NCBI RefSeq assembly: GCF_006345805.1
Contig: NC_042997.1
Coordinates: 61,628,001-61,692,000 of the forward strand
From: Octopus sinensis
Taxonomy: Eukaryota
Direction: 5' to 3'
Length of the DNA: 64,000 bases
Under the pieces are notes generated by a model. That model saw only the letters and a list, made by a program, of their open reading frames with translations. It did not search any database and was not told the DNA's origin. Below, piece by piece: positions 27,647 to 39,505 of this stretch. The stretch's first letter is position 1. Each line of letters opens with the position of its first letter. The position numbers and the translations under genes are program-made.

Positions 27647-28037
27647 CGTGTGTATGCACGTGCGCACAAACGTATGTGTGTAAGCGCATGGCTTAGTGGT
27701 TAGGGGTATTGCACTCACGATTGCGAGATCATGGTTTCGATTCCCAGACCGGGCTTTGTGTTGTGTTCTTGAGCAAAGCACTTAATTCCAGGTTGCTCTG
27801 CAACATTTCGTCATCTGATATGTGGCACACGGTGCACCTGTTCAGGAAATGCCGATTTGATGGAGGGAGTGAGCTTGTGTGTAGGACATATATTTGATCA
27901 TTATAAACAAATTATCTGTGTAGTTGTTCGGCAACAAATTGCCGAACCCTCATACGTCGTCTAACGAAGGAGAGTCCACATACTATATATACCATATATA
28001 CATATATATATACATATATATATACATATATATATAC

Positions 28038-28068
<31 letters not shown>

Positions 28069-28256
28069 CATATATATATACATATGTATATATACATATA
28101 TATACATATATATATATATACATTATATACATATATATATATACATATATATATATACATATATATACATATATATATATACATATATATATATACATAT
28201 ATATATATACATATATATACATATATATATAACATATATATACAATATAGTATTAC

Positions 28257-28287
<31 letters not shown>

Positions 28288-28493
28288 CATATATATATAT
28301 ATACATATATATATACATATATATACATATATATATACATAGCATAGAGATAACGAAATTTAAATTTTCTAAAGGTTAGTTGCCCGTTTTCCAGTTTCAA
28401 TTTTCCTGTAAAAGCGGATTATAAGTGGATAAAACAGTGTATTTGGCTTTAGAATAACCCTCTTTAGCCCTTAATTATATGATGTATATATAT

Positions 28494-28540
<47 letters not shown>

Positions 28541-28625
28541 CTATATATATATATATATTATACTATATTACACATATATACATATATTATATATACATAT
28601 ATATAATATATACATATATTATATC

Positions 28626-28657
<32 letters not shown>

Positions 28658-28737
28658 TATATACATATATATATCATATATATATATACATATACATATA
28701 TATATACATACTATATATACATATACATATATAATAC

Positions 28738-28769
<32 letters not shown>

Positions 28770-28811
28770 ATACATATATAATACATATACATATACATAT
28801 ATATATACATA

Positions 28812-28856
<45 letters not shown>

Positions 28857-29303
28857 ACGTATATATATATATACGTATACATATATATACGTATACATAT
28901 AATATATAAACATATATATATATATACATATATATACATAATATATATAATATACATATAATACATATATATACATATATATATACATATATATACATAT
29001 ATATATACATATATATATACATATATACATATATATACATATATATATACATATATATATACATATATATACATATATATATATATAATATATATATATA
29101 TATATTAATATATACATATAAATATATACATATATATACTTATATATATATATAATACAACATATATATATATATACTTATATATATACATATATATACA
29201 ATATATATATATATATATACATATATATATACATATATAATACATATATTATATATATATATTATACATATATTATATACACATATATATATCTACATAT
29301 AAC

Positions 29304-29335
<32 letters not shown>

Positions 29336-29548
29336 TATACATATATATATATGCATATATATATATAACTATATTATATATACGTATATATATATACATA
29401 TATATATATACATATATATACATATTATATACATATATATATATAATACATATATATATAATACATATATATATATATACATATATATATACATATATAT
29501 ATATACATATATATATATACATATATATATATACGTATATATATATAC

Positions 29549-29595
<47 letters not shown>

Positions 29596-29626
29596 CATAT
29601 ATATATACATATATATATATATATAC

Positions 29627-29677
<51 letters not shown>

Positions 29678-29707
29678 ATATATATATACATATATATATA
29701 TATATAC

Positions 29708-29738
<31 letters not shown>

Positions 29739-29807
29739 TATATCATATATATACATATATATATATATACATATATATATATACATATATATACATATTA
29801 TGTATAA

Positions 29808-29839
<32 letters not shown>

Positions 29840-30320
29840 ACATATATATATATACTATATATATACATATATATATACATATATATATACATATATTATA
29901 CATATATATATTACATATATATATACATTTATAATATACATATATATATATATACATATACATATATATACATATATAGATAATATCGGCGGTGCCCCAG
30001 CCATGGCACCAGCTCATAAGCTGAATGCTGGAAAATCAAATCAAAATCATATATACATATATATATATACATATATATATATACAATATATATATATATA
30101 ACATATATATATACATATATATTATATTACATATATATACATATATATATATACGTATATATATATATATCATATATATTATATATACATATATATATAT
30201 ACATATATATAATATATACATATATATATATACATATACATATATATATATACATATTATATATACATAATATACATATATATATATATATATATATCTA
30301 TTATATATATATATATATAT

Positions 30321-30352
<32 letters not shown>
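25696..30352. repeat. ~4.6-kb region dominated by (AT)n/(ATAC) arrays in intron 8
   Basis: Directly visible. Interrupted by duplicate copy B, a unique stretch at 28341-28480 and a LINE-tail fragment at ~29985-30045. Confidence 0.95.
27437..27978. repeat. Near-identical tandem segmental duplicate, copy B
   Basis: Matches 25144-25695. Confidence 0.93.
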
Positions 30353-30357
<5 letters not shown>

Positions 30358-30519
30358 TAATCCAAACAGCAGGTTGTAATGTTTCACTTAAAAGGAGAAT
30401 TATAATTTTCACTAGGGTGTTAAAAAACACTTACATTGCTAGAAATAAGAGCTAAAATGCTCTAATGTTGTAGTTAATGCACATGAATGAAAACATATAC
30501 ACTAACAGGGATCATAATT

Positions 30520-30620
30520 GTCCGAAAAATGCCGATCGAGAATTCTTAAGACTGATGTCAGTTTCGCCAAATTCCGTTGCCTCATCAGTTAAGCCCGCTC
30601 AGTGTTCGGCTTTTCCGGAC
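30520..30620 (-). ncRNA. Type I hammerhead ribozyme motif (intronic, same strand as host gene)
   Basis: Minus strand reads CTTAA-CTGATGA-GGCAACGGAATTTGGC-GAAA-CTGACATCAG-TC/TTAAG. Core CUGAUGA + GAAA, GUC cleavage triplet, stem I CTTAA:TTAAG extended by GCCGA:TCGGC and GTCCGGAAAA:TTTTTCGGAC, stem III CTG:CAG. Stem II is imperfect. Confidence 0.8.
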
Positions 30621-30735
30621 ATGTTTCTCTATTTGTATTTATATTTTCATCATCCAATTTGATGAATGATTTAGCGATTCGTTAATGTGTCTACACAAAA
30701 TGAATATAAATATCAGGTTTATGTATATATATATA

Positions 30736-30768
<33 letters not shown>

Positions 30769-30902
30769 ATGCCACACAAACACACATATGCATAATATGT
30801 AAAATCGTAAATGACAGAGGAATAGTTTGATGAAATTTTATTTAACAATAAGAAATTTCAAATATCACGACAAATTGTTTCGTGACTTGAATGCAGACAC
30901 AC

Positions 30903-30938
<36 letters not shown>

Positions 30939-32511
30939 AGTATGTGTATAAATCTAAAATGATCTATGAGAAATAATCCAGTGTGGCCATTTACAAGAAT
31001 TTGGACTAAAATAGCTTTGAGGGATAACACAGTTCACTTATGGCTCTAGTGTCCTGGGAAAAAGTATGACTACTGAAACATCATATGCAGTTTGTATTCC
31101 TAGTCAACAAGGTACAGCGATAACATTCTCCAGTATTATAAGGAACTAGGTTACTCAGAGAAATTACTTGGAAACTGTCGATATCACAAGCAGTACATAA
31201 CTTCTTAGATTTTTTATACTCACAATATCAAATATGTTAATTCTAATTAGTAATATTTAGAAACAATTTTCGATGAGGAAATTACAATATCAATCATAGA
31301 GTAATAATATTATTTAAATCATTACGGTAAATACGGGAGACAAATCTGAAAATACTTCTGTCTTTTGAGATGTTCACCGAGAAACAGGCTTTATCGAATT
31401 TTATTGAGAAGTAGCAATGAGAGAGTTACTACAAAAGTAAGATGCTGTACTCTAGCTTTTTCTATGCTCACTGCATTAAATATGTTAACACTAACTTAAC
31501 TTATTGCTTTACATGCGAATGATGTCTCTATGTAATTCTGTAAGTAACATTCTCATGTGAACAGGGTAAATTGAATTTTGGCGCCCATCAAGTATATTTT
31601 TAATATTTTTTTCACAAGGAGAAATTGCTAATGTAGAAATAAACAGTTTATCATAATTAACAAGTCAAAGAGAACAGTTCACAGTCCGTAAAACTGCGCA
31701 ATGTTCCGTTTTCTCTCTCTCTCTATCTATATTTATATCTAATGTATGTGTGTACACACTTTATTTGTGGATTGAGAAGGCAACCAATGGTTTTATGTAG
31801 AAGAGATCTCCACAGTTGCTCGAGCGAACAATTTGAAAATGTAGGTAGTTAACTAAAAAATGAATACATGAAACCAGTGGTTGTCTTGTTAATCCACAAA
31901 TAACGAATATTAATCTATGGTGTTGAGCACTCTTCCCCGTTTGATTCAAGCGTGTGTGTGTGTGTGTAATGTTTCTTTCCATACAGCTAGTATTTGAAAA
32001 ATTCCAACTCATGCCATAGCACCCCTACCACGTGACGCCCTAGGCAATTACCCGGGTTGCCAGTGTCTTCAACTGACACTGCAAGTGCATGTTTATTATT
32101 TACTTAATTATCCTCTCTTATCAATGCTTTGGTAAATATAGCATAAAACATCCTCCTTTACTGTGAATGTCTAACAAAGCAGTACATGATGGATTTATCT
32201 ACCATACTTGTCGGATTAATTAAAATAATATTAATTTTTTCATTAATGATTGCCTTCAGGTACTTCTCCATAACTCCAGTTTCGAGTTTTGCAGCATCCC
32301 GAATAAAAAATATTAGTTTCAGACACTAGTCAGAATTTATATCAGCTTCAACATTATAAATTAATGATCCGTGAATTAGCTTACTAAGTTAATTGTCTTC
32401 ATGCTCTTAAGAAAAGCATGTCGGTTATAATTTTCTATTTACCTTTCGCTGAAAATTAGAAGTACGGAAATATTGAATAAAACTGTTTGAAAGAATTGTC
32501 ATATATATTAC

Positions 32512-32647
32512 CTCTACAGTTGTACATTTTGTTCACTATTTCCACATCACTATACGCTAATTCTTTTTGATATACTCTTCCAATTTCGTCTTCTCGAGAT
32601 TTGTCTAGCGCGGAAATGGTTTGAGATTTTCCATCATATGAAAAAGC
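32512..32647 (-). CDS. Exon 8: C-terminal astacin domain (AFSYDGKSQTI...LAYSDVEIVNKMYNC)
   Basis: cag acceptor, gtaata donor; 136 nt, phase 0 to 1. Matches the astacin AFS.dG..TI and L...D...vN.mY.C patterns. Confidence 0.95.
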
Positions 32648-33158
32648 CTGTTCAAAATAAAATATAAATTGAATAAAAACAAACAGTATTTCTGCCAAGA
32701 AATGAAATCCTTACTCGTAAATGATTATCTGTTCTGGTTGCTCATTTACCTCTAGTAAACTCTGCAAAGTGGGGTCATCCCGACTTTATTTCAGGTAGCA
32801 TATCTTGGGATAGGTTATATAATATATTCTTGTTTTAAGATGGTAAGGTTTGATTTTAGGGAATTTGGTCGCTATTTCTAAAGGTCACGTAGAAGGTACA
32901 CTGTTGACTCGTTTATATATGCTTTGTTTATAATGCCCGATAAAGATGATTATTTACATATAAAGGTATTTTATATATCTGACAAGGAACTCATAGGCTA
33001 TAATTTCATTGGATATCACTTCTGTCTGCCAGAAAACATCTGACACTGTTATTCTACGGTGCATAGAATTGTCTATGTTTGTAGCTCATAGTATTTAACA
33101 GATACTGTATGTGTGATTTTACATATACACAAATATATATATTATGTATTATATTATA

Positions 33159-33224
<66 letters not shown>

Positions 33225-34057
33225 GTGTGTGTGTGTGTGTGTGTGGTATCATAGGAGGGAATATATTTCCAAAACTTACAGGGAAAAAATCAATTTAACA
33301 ATTTAAATCAAATTTCACAATATATAATATATGTATATAATTTAGAGAAAAACCTCTATTAAACAATTCAATAAAGAAAGATGTTATTCACACCATATAG
33401 AAAACATATACTATAAAAAAACCTTATTCTAAAAATCAGTAAAGTACAATACATAGTAATTAGTAGAAAAAAGACTACGTACGTTTCGTGGCTATATTTT
33501 CAAATAGATAATAATAAAATCAATTCGATTTGAAATTAAATCGAACTAAAATTAATTATATTTAAAAATAAAGTCACTCATCAGGTCTAAGATAACAAAT
33601 AAAAATAAATAATCATAGAATAATGTACGTATCTTAACTTATACTAATTATCAAATAAATATATAAAAATATACGTGTATTAACTATAAATAATCGAAAA
33701 GCATTTAACAATATTTCTTAAAATAAAAATATAACTTATCTTATCGAAGGATTTTCGTTAACTAAAAATTTAAACGTAGTACGTAAAAATTTAAACGTAA
33801 TACGTAAGCATTTATAAGAAATATATCGCGTGAAAATATGACATAGATAGAATTTATAGAAGAAATAGATAGAAATATGTATTTAAGCTATTAAAATTAC
33901 AAATGTATTTTAGCTGTGAAAACAAAGAAAAAAGTTAAATTTAATATACCATTAACTGGAAACATTGTAAATTCCAAATAATTTAAATATTAAATACGTA
34001 AAATACATAATATAATAAACATAAATCGTGAGCTGAAACTAAATATAGATTGCTAGC

Positions 34058-34228
34058 CACTACACATTCTGTATTTTCTCTCCTCGTTTCTTTCTGTGTT
34101 CCTTTCCGTGGAAGAGCGTAGGCTCGAAACATTAAGGACTTTTTCACTTCCCGAGCGTTATACTAATACATCTGTTTGTTGTTTACACCACCTGTCTTCG
34201 TCTTTTGTTTTCTTGTGAATTCTCCCTA
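34058..34228 (+). mobile_element. Short dispersed repeat containing a minimal hammerhead-like motif (Penelope-type terminal repeat candidate), copy 1
   Basis: CCTTT-CCGTGGAA-GAGC(GTAG)GCTC-GAAAC-ATT-AAGG at ~34101-34137. Similar to 37240-37431 and ends at a (TA)n tract. Confidence 0.55.
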
Positions 34229-34259
34229 TATACATACATATATATATGTATACATATAC

Positions 34260-34314
<55 letters not shown>

Positions 34315-34390
34315 TATGTATGTATATATATATATATATGTATGTATATATATATATGTATATATATATGCATGTATATATATGTGCATG

Positions 34391-34421
<31 letters not shown>

Positions 34422-34517
34422 GCATGTAGGTATATACTTATGTATGTATATATATGTAAGTATGTATATGTATGTATATGTATGTATATATATGTATGTA
34501 TATGTACGTATATATAA

Positions 34518-34550
<33 letters not shown>

Positions 34551-34664
34551 TATGTGTATGTATATATGTATGTATATATATATACATGTATATATATATG
34601 TACGTATATATATATATATATATGTGTATGTATATATATATGTATATATATATGTATGTGTATG

Positions 34665-34700
<36 letters not shown>

Positions 34701-34712
34701 TGTGTGTATGTA
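34228..34712. repeat. Compound (AT)/(TATG) microsatellite
   Basis: Directly visible. Confidence 0.95.
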
Positions 34713-34919
34713 TTCATAACATAAAACATACACCCACACATTCTAACGTCATATCAACATAATTCTTATCAGAATAATCCAATTATCAACATATCATGTG
34801 GAGGTTGTTTGCTCCAATTCACTTCGACTCTCCCATCCTCTTACTTCCCAATTCTACATACACACTCTCTCCAGCTCGTTTTATTTCACTGGATTTATGA
34901 AATGGTAAATTATACTCAC

Positions 34920-35123
34920 TGTAATTCCATAGTGCATGACTGACGACAACTCATATGGCACATTCATGCTATTGATAACACCTTTAGAGTATTTGTTAAA
35001 CCAGATTCTCATGCTTGGCAAGACATTTTGGTAAATAATTTTAATGTGCCTATCACGATCAGGTAGCTGATGCTCATGAACAAGACCTACGGCATGACCA
35101 ACTTCGTGTAGATAAAGTCCTTT
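34920..35123 (-). CDS. Exon 7: catalytic zinc site HEVGHAVGLVHEHQLPDRD and Met-turn SVMHY
   Basis: HExxHxxGxxHE and SxMHY metzincin/astacin signatures; tgcag acceptor, gtgagt donor; 204 nt, phase 0 to 0. Confidence 0.97.
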
Positions 35124-35852
35124 CTGCAATAAAAAATGAAATGTTTTTTTTTTTCTAAAACAAACTCAAATTATTTGAGATTACACAGACTGAATGGGGA
35201 ATTTTTTCTTAATACCAGGACCAAATTTTGATGGTATGCTGAGAAAAATAGTGAGTGTTTAATTTTTAAAAAATCAGTGTTATTTCATTTTTCAACTTCG
35301 TAGATATGCCGGTACAATATAATGAACGTTTTATTTTACAGATTCATAAAATGTAACACAAATTATTGCTTTGACGTTAAGGGTTAAATTGTTCTTTACC
35401 TATGGATTTGTGGTTCTGTGAAAATTTACAAGCGAGTGGTAATGTCAGATTTGAATATGGGCGAAATGTCACCCGCAGGCAACTTTTCTTACATCTGTTA
35501 TACGTAGATCTAAGTTCCACGTAATTGATATATATTCCTACTTTATAAATTTTGCTCAAAGTTTTTGATGCTAGTATGCATATACATGAGTAGTTCTAAA
35601 ATCGTATTCCGATGTGCATTGGTACGACAGCAAAGACTATCTAGCAGTACCGCGAAGTGTTAAAAATATAATTATACGGCTTTAGAAAATATATATGAAT
35701 GCTTGCATGTCTGGAAAAAATGTGTCATACATATTTTTTTTATACCGAAGTATGATTAATGAAATAAAATAAACAATATTCTTTTCTATATTCTTTCTAA
35801 ATTTTTAACTTTAAAACTTTTTTTATAAAATTTCCATGCGAAATGCACTCAT

Positions 35853-36138
35853 AATTTTTTATTTGGTCTCCAACAATACACGAAATTCAAGAAATTAATA
35901 ACGCAGTGAATTAATTAATGATAATCTCTAGAAGCCGAGAAAAATGATTCTGCAATTTTTAGCTGAACTAGCTGCACTGATGATATGTTTATAGTGATCA
36001 AATATTTGTGCTGCACTTAAGCTCACTCTTTTCATTGCAGAATCATTTTTCTCGGCTTCCAGGGACTATCATTAATTAATTCACTGGGTTATTAATTTCT
36101 TGAACTTCGTGAATTATTGGAGACCAAATAAAAAAATT
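35853..36138. mobile_element. MITE with ~105-bp terminal inverted repeats
   Basis: aattttttatttggtctccaa...gaagccgagaaaaatgattctgcaat pairs with attgcagaatcatttttctcggcttc...ttggagaccaaataaaaaaatt. Confidence 0.85.
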
Positions 36139-36764
36139 GACGTTGCTTGTGCCACACGTTACATATTGAAATGATCGCAAAGTAACATGAGAGGAAGTAA
36201 TTTTGCCCAAAACACACTGTATCGCTCGGACTGGGAATCGAACCCACGATCTCACGATCGCGAATATAACAGCCCTAACTACTTAGCCATGTGCCCTCAT
36301 ATACAGACTCTATATGTGAAATATAGCAAATTATCACCAGTTCATTTGAAGCATGCACGCACAGAGACAAACCTGCAAAGATGCATTCGTTCAACTCCAC
36401 ATACATAACAACTTCGGCGCAAAGTGTTTGTTGTCATACCATACACATATAACATGCATACGCTGAACATTCAGAAACACATATACATGCACGCGAGCGC
36501 GTACACACACACACACACTTCACCTCATATGTTATGGAAAGAACAGCTATTTATCAATCATCAAATCATAAATCTCTACTTAACAAAATACAGAATAGAT
36601 TGCATTTGCTAATACTGAAAGCTAGACTTTATGGCAGTAGTTGTGATTTGTGAACAGCATACGTGAATGTACATACATACACTAGTAAGCACTAACATAC
36701 AAACACATGCCTTTGTATAAGGACTTCTAAACTATAAGGTTAATGTTATAAATATATAACTTAC

Positions 36765-36834
36765 ATAACGGCAACCATTAGCATCCAAATTTACGGCTTG
36801 CACGCCTCCGACCATACCCAGTTGTGAATTACAT
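36765..36834 (-). CDS. Exon 6: astacin domain (CNSQLGMVGGVQAVNLDANGCRY)
   Basis: ttctcag acceptor, gtaagt donor; 70 nt, phase 2 to 0. Matches the astacin GC.S.vG..GG.Q...L...C pattern. Confidence 0.95.
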
Positions 36835-37053
36835 CTGAGAAGTAAAAGACAGGCAGTTATTATTTACACTTATTAAAAATTAAACATAAAAATTGACTTT
36901 TGGGTAGTTTTGGAACGGATTAATTATATTTTGATTAATTTCAATAGCGAAAATTGATTTGTAAAACGAGTAAATCGTAAAACGAGCTAGGTCATGGAAC
37001 GAATTAAACTCGTACTGCGAGGAATCACTGTATATATATATATATATATGTTG

Positions 37054-37195
37054 AGGCGCAATGGCCCAGTGATTAGGGCAGCGGACTCGCGGTCATAGGA
37101 TCGCGGTTTCGATTCCCAGACCGGGCGTTGTGAGTGTTTATTGAGCGAAAACACCTAAAGCTCCACGAGGCTCCGGCAGGGATGGTGGTGATAAC
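37054..37195 (+). mobile_element. tRNA-derived SINE head
   Basis: gaggcgcaatggcccagtgattagggcagcggactc...ggtttcgattcccagaccgggc (A/B-box-like). Related heads at 25397 and 27684, and on minus at ~36185-36300, 44640-44775, 50770-50905, 57700-57885 and 59300-59500. Confidence 0.75.
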
Positions 37196-37239
37196 ATAAA
37201 TTTCACAGTTCATAATATAATATGGAATCATGTTGAACC

Positions 37240-37431
37240 GTTAATCTCTACACATTTTTCTCTCTCTGTTATTTTCGTACTCTCTCTATTTTTTCTTCTC
37301 AATCATTTCTGTTGAAGAGCGTAGGCTCAAAGCGTCAAAGATTTTTCCATTCTTCCCAGGCATCAAACTTATATATCTGCTTGTTGTTCCCTCACCTGTC
37401 TTCATCTTTTGCTTTCTGTAAATTTGAACTA
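37240..37431 (+). mobile_element. Short dispersed repeat containing a minimal hammerhead-like motif, copy 2
   Basis: TTT-CTGTTGAA-GAGC(GTAG)GCTC-AAAGC-GTC-AAAG. Downstream tgttgtt...cacctgtcttc.tctttt is shared with copy 1; ends at (TA)n. Confidence 0.5.
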
Positions 37432-37447
37432 TAATTATATATATATA

Positions 37448-37497
<50 letters not shown>

Positions 37498-37744
37498 GCT
37501 TAGTAAGATCAAGAATATTGTTTAACTCGCGGTGAGTTTTTCAAAACCTCAGAGACAACACTATTTTTACTGATTCGAAGAAATACTGGTATCCTTTGAT
37601 TTATTTAGTGCAATCTTATATTTACTTTACTATTACTTTATTTCCAGTACTGAATTGTTTCTAACAATCCCCCTCGTCTGAATAGAACGTAGAAGAAAAA
37701 GTGACGTAGCCTGTGATATTCTCCTTGAACATATGTGCCGCGAG

Positions 37745-37965
37745 AAGACGTCGAGCTAGCTGAACCATTAGCACGCCAGGCAAAATGCTTAGCGGTATTT
37801 TGTTCGTCTTTACGTCCTGATTTTAAATTCCACCGACGTCGACTTTGCCTTTCATCCTTTCAGGTTCGATAAAATAAGTACCAGTTGAGTACTCGGTGTC
37901 GATGTAAACAATTTACCACTCCCTCAAAATTGTTGGCTTTGTGCCAAAATTTGAAACCAATATTT
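37745..37965 (+). mobile_element. Abundant SINE-like repeat (gtcgactttgcctttcatccttt..gataaaataagtaccagttgagtact)
   Basis: Related copies, mostly minus, at ~13005-13220, 23625-23750, 57320-57520, 59800-60020, 61195-61375 and in the 51600-54600 region. Confidence 0.75.
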
Positions 37966-38088
37966 CGTATGTGCTTCTAAGCAAAATTGCAGATACCTAG
38001 ATTCTCCACCATTTGAGATGTAAATTTTAAAAAAAGAAAAGAAATATATTACCATGCTGTACGTTTGTAGAGATACAATACTACTCAC

Positions 38089-38209
38089 CCACTGCCGTGT
38101 CTAAAGAGAATTCTGTTTTTGTCAGTCTGTCTTGCAGGCACAAACTTGAGACAAGTGTATCTTTCCCATTCAGTTAAGGCGCGTTTAATGAAATAAAAGT
38201 CCTTTACCG
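38089..38209 (-). CDS. Exon 5: astacin domain (KRALTEWERYTCLKFVP...FRHGSG)
   Basis: tag acceptor, gtgagt donor; 121 nt, phase 1 to 2. Has the astacin WE..TCL.F motif. Confidence 0.95.
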
Positions 38210-38521
38210 CTATTACAAACAAAGAGAAAGAAAAATATTTTCATTAATTTCGTTATATAAATGATTTTTAAAATGATGACAGTATTTATTTTCATCGACG
38301 TATGTTCTAATATTGAGGTCTATCTCGTCAATCACATATCCGAATTCATGAAAACTGGAATCATGATACAATGGCTCGACTTCATCAACCATAAATTTCT
38401 CAAGAATTTATCTGATGACTGGCACAATACTCAGTGAATTCCAGTGATACATATATACATGTATGTATGTATGTATGTATGTATGTATGTATGTATGTAT
38501 GTATGTATGTATGTATGTATG

Positions 38522-38868
38522 TCATTATTCAGTTTTATTTCAAGATTTCGTGTCAATAGAGTAACAGCCGTCTTCTAACCAAGGTCCAAGGCTCCTTCAT
38601 TGGAATTTCAACAACAACGGTATTTTTGTACGTACGTACGTATGCATATATGTATGCATATGAGCAGATTTGTATGTTTTGTTTTATGTATGTATTCTCA
38701 TGCATATAGTGGCATATCTAGACATGCTCATATATACTTAAATGATAAAATATTGGAAGATTTTACTGATTTTTACAGTTCTAGTGACGGATTGGACCTG
38801 CAGTCTTCGTATCAGCTTTCTCCTTTCTGGTTTTGAGAAGCCTAACTTCTCAAGATTGGTATTTAGGC
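38522..38868 (-). mobile_element. 3' end of the same R4/Dong-like family as 10905-12150, ending in (TACA)n
   Basis: Colinear with 10905-11250; encodes LNTNLEKLGFSKPERRKLIRRLQVQSVTRTVKISK. Confidence 0.85.
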
Positions 38869-38869
38869 T

Positions 38870-38893
38870 CTGTGTGTTTGTGTGTGTGTGTGT

Positions 38894-38939
<46 letters not shown>

Positions 38940-39505
38940 CGTGTGCGTGCGTGTGTGTGCGTGTGTGTGCGAACCTGCGTGTGTGTGTGCGCCTGTGTGT
39001 ATGTGTGCGCCTGTGTGTATGTGTGCACCTGTGTGTGTATGTGCGCGCCTGTGTGTGCGAGCGCGCGTGTGTATGTGTACGCTAGTGTGTGTACATGTGC
39101 GCTTGTGCGTATATGTGTGCACCTGTGTGTGTGTGCGCGAGCCTGTGTGTGTGCGCGCGCTTGTGTGTGTGCGGGCACATGTGTGCGAGTGTATCACTAC
39201 ACCTGTATGTGTGAATGTGTCTCTGCGTGTGAGAGTGTGTCTGTGTGTGTGTGTCTGTGTGTGTGTGTCTGTCTGTGTGTGTGTCTGTGTGTGTCTGTCT
39301 GTGTTTGTGAGTGTTTGTCTGTGTGTGTCTGTGTGTTTGTGAGTGTTTGTCTGTGTGTTTGTGAGTGTTTGTCTGTGTGTGTCTGTGTGTTTGTGCCTGT
39401 CTGTCTGTGTGTGCCTATGTGTGTATGTGTGTCTGTGTGTGTCGGTGTCTGTGTGTGTGTCTGTGTGTGTGTTTGTGTGTATATGTGTGTGTGTGTATAC
39501 ACACA
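38870..39505. repeat. Compound (TG)/(TGTC)/(TGCG) micro- and minisatellite
   Basis: Directly visible; source of the C/V- and H/T-rich pseudo-ORFs. Confidence 0.95.

Noticed and set aside
30477-30662. 64-aa-scale plus-strand ORF, or a possible extra minus-strand exon in intron 8
   Set aside because: All minus-strand frames after the nearest AG hit stops. The segment is better explained by the hammerhead fold.
35377-35559. 60-aa minus ORF containing CKKSC, superficially ShK-like
   Set aside because: It lacks the six-Cys ShK spacing and lies between two phase-0 catalytic exons that join directly.
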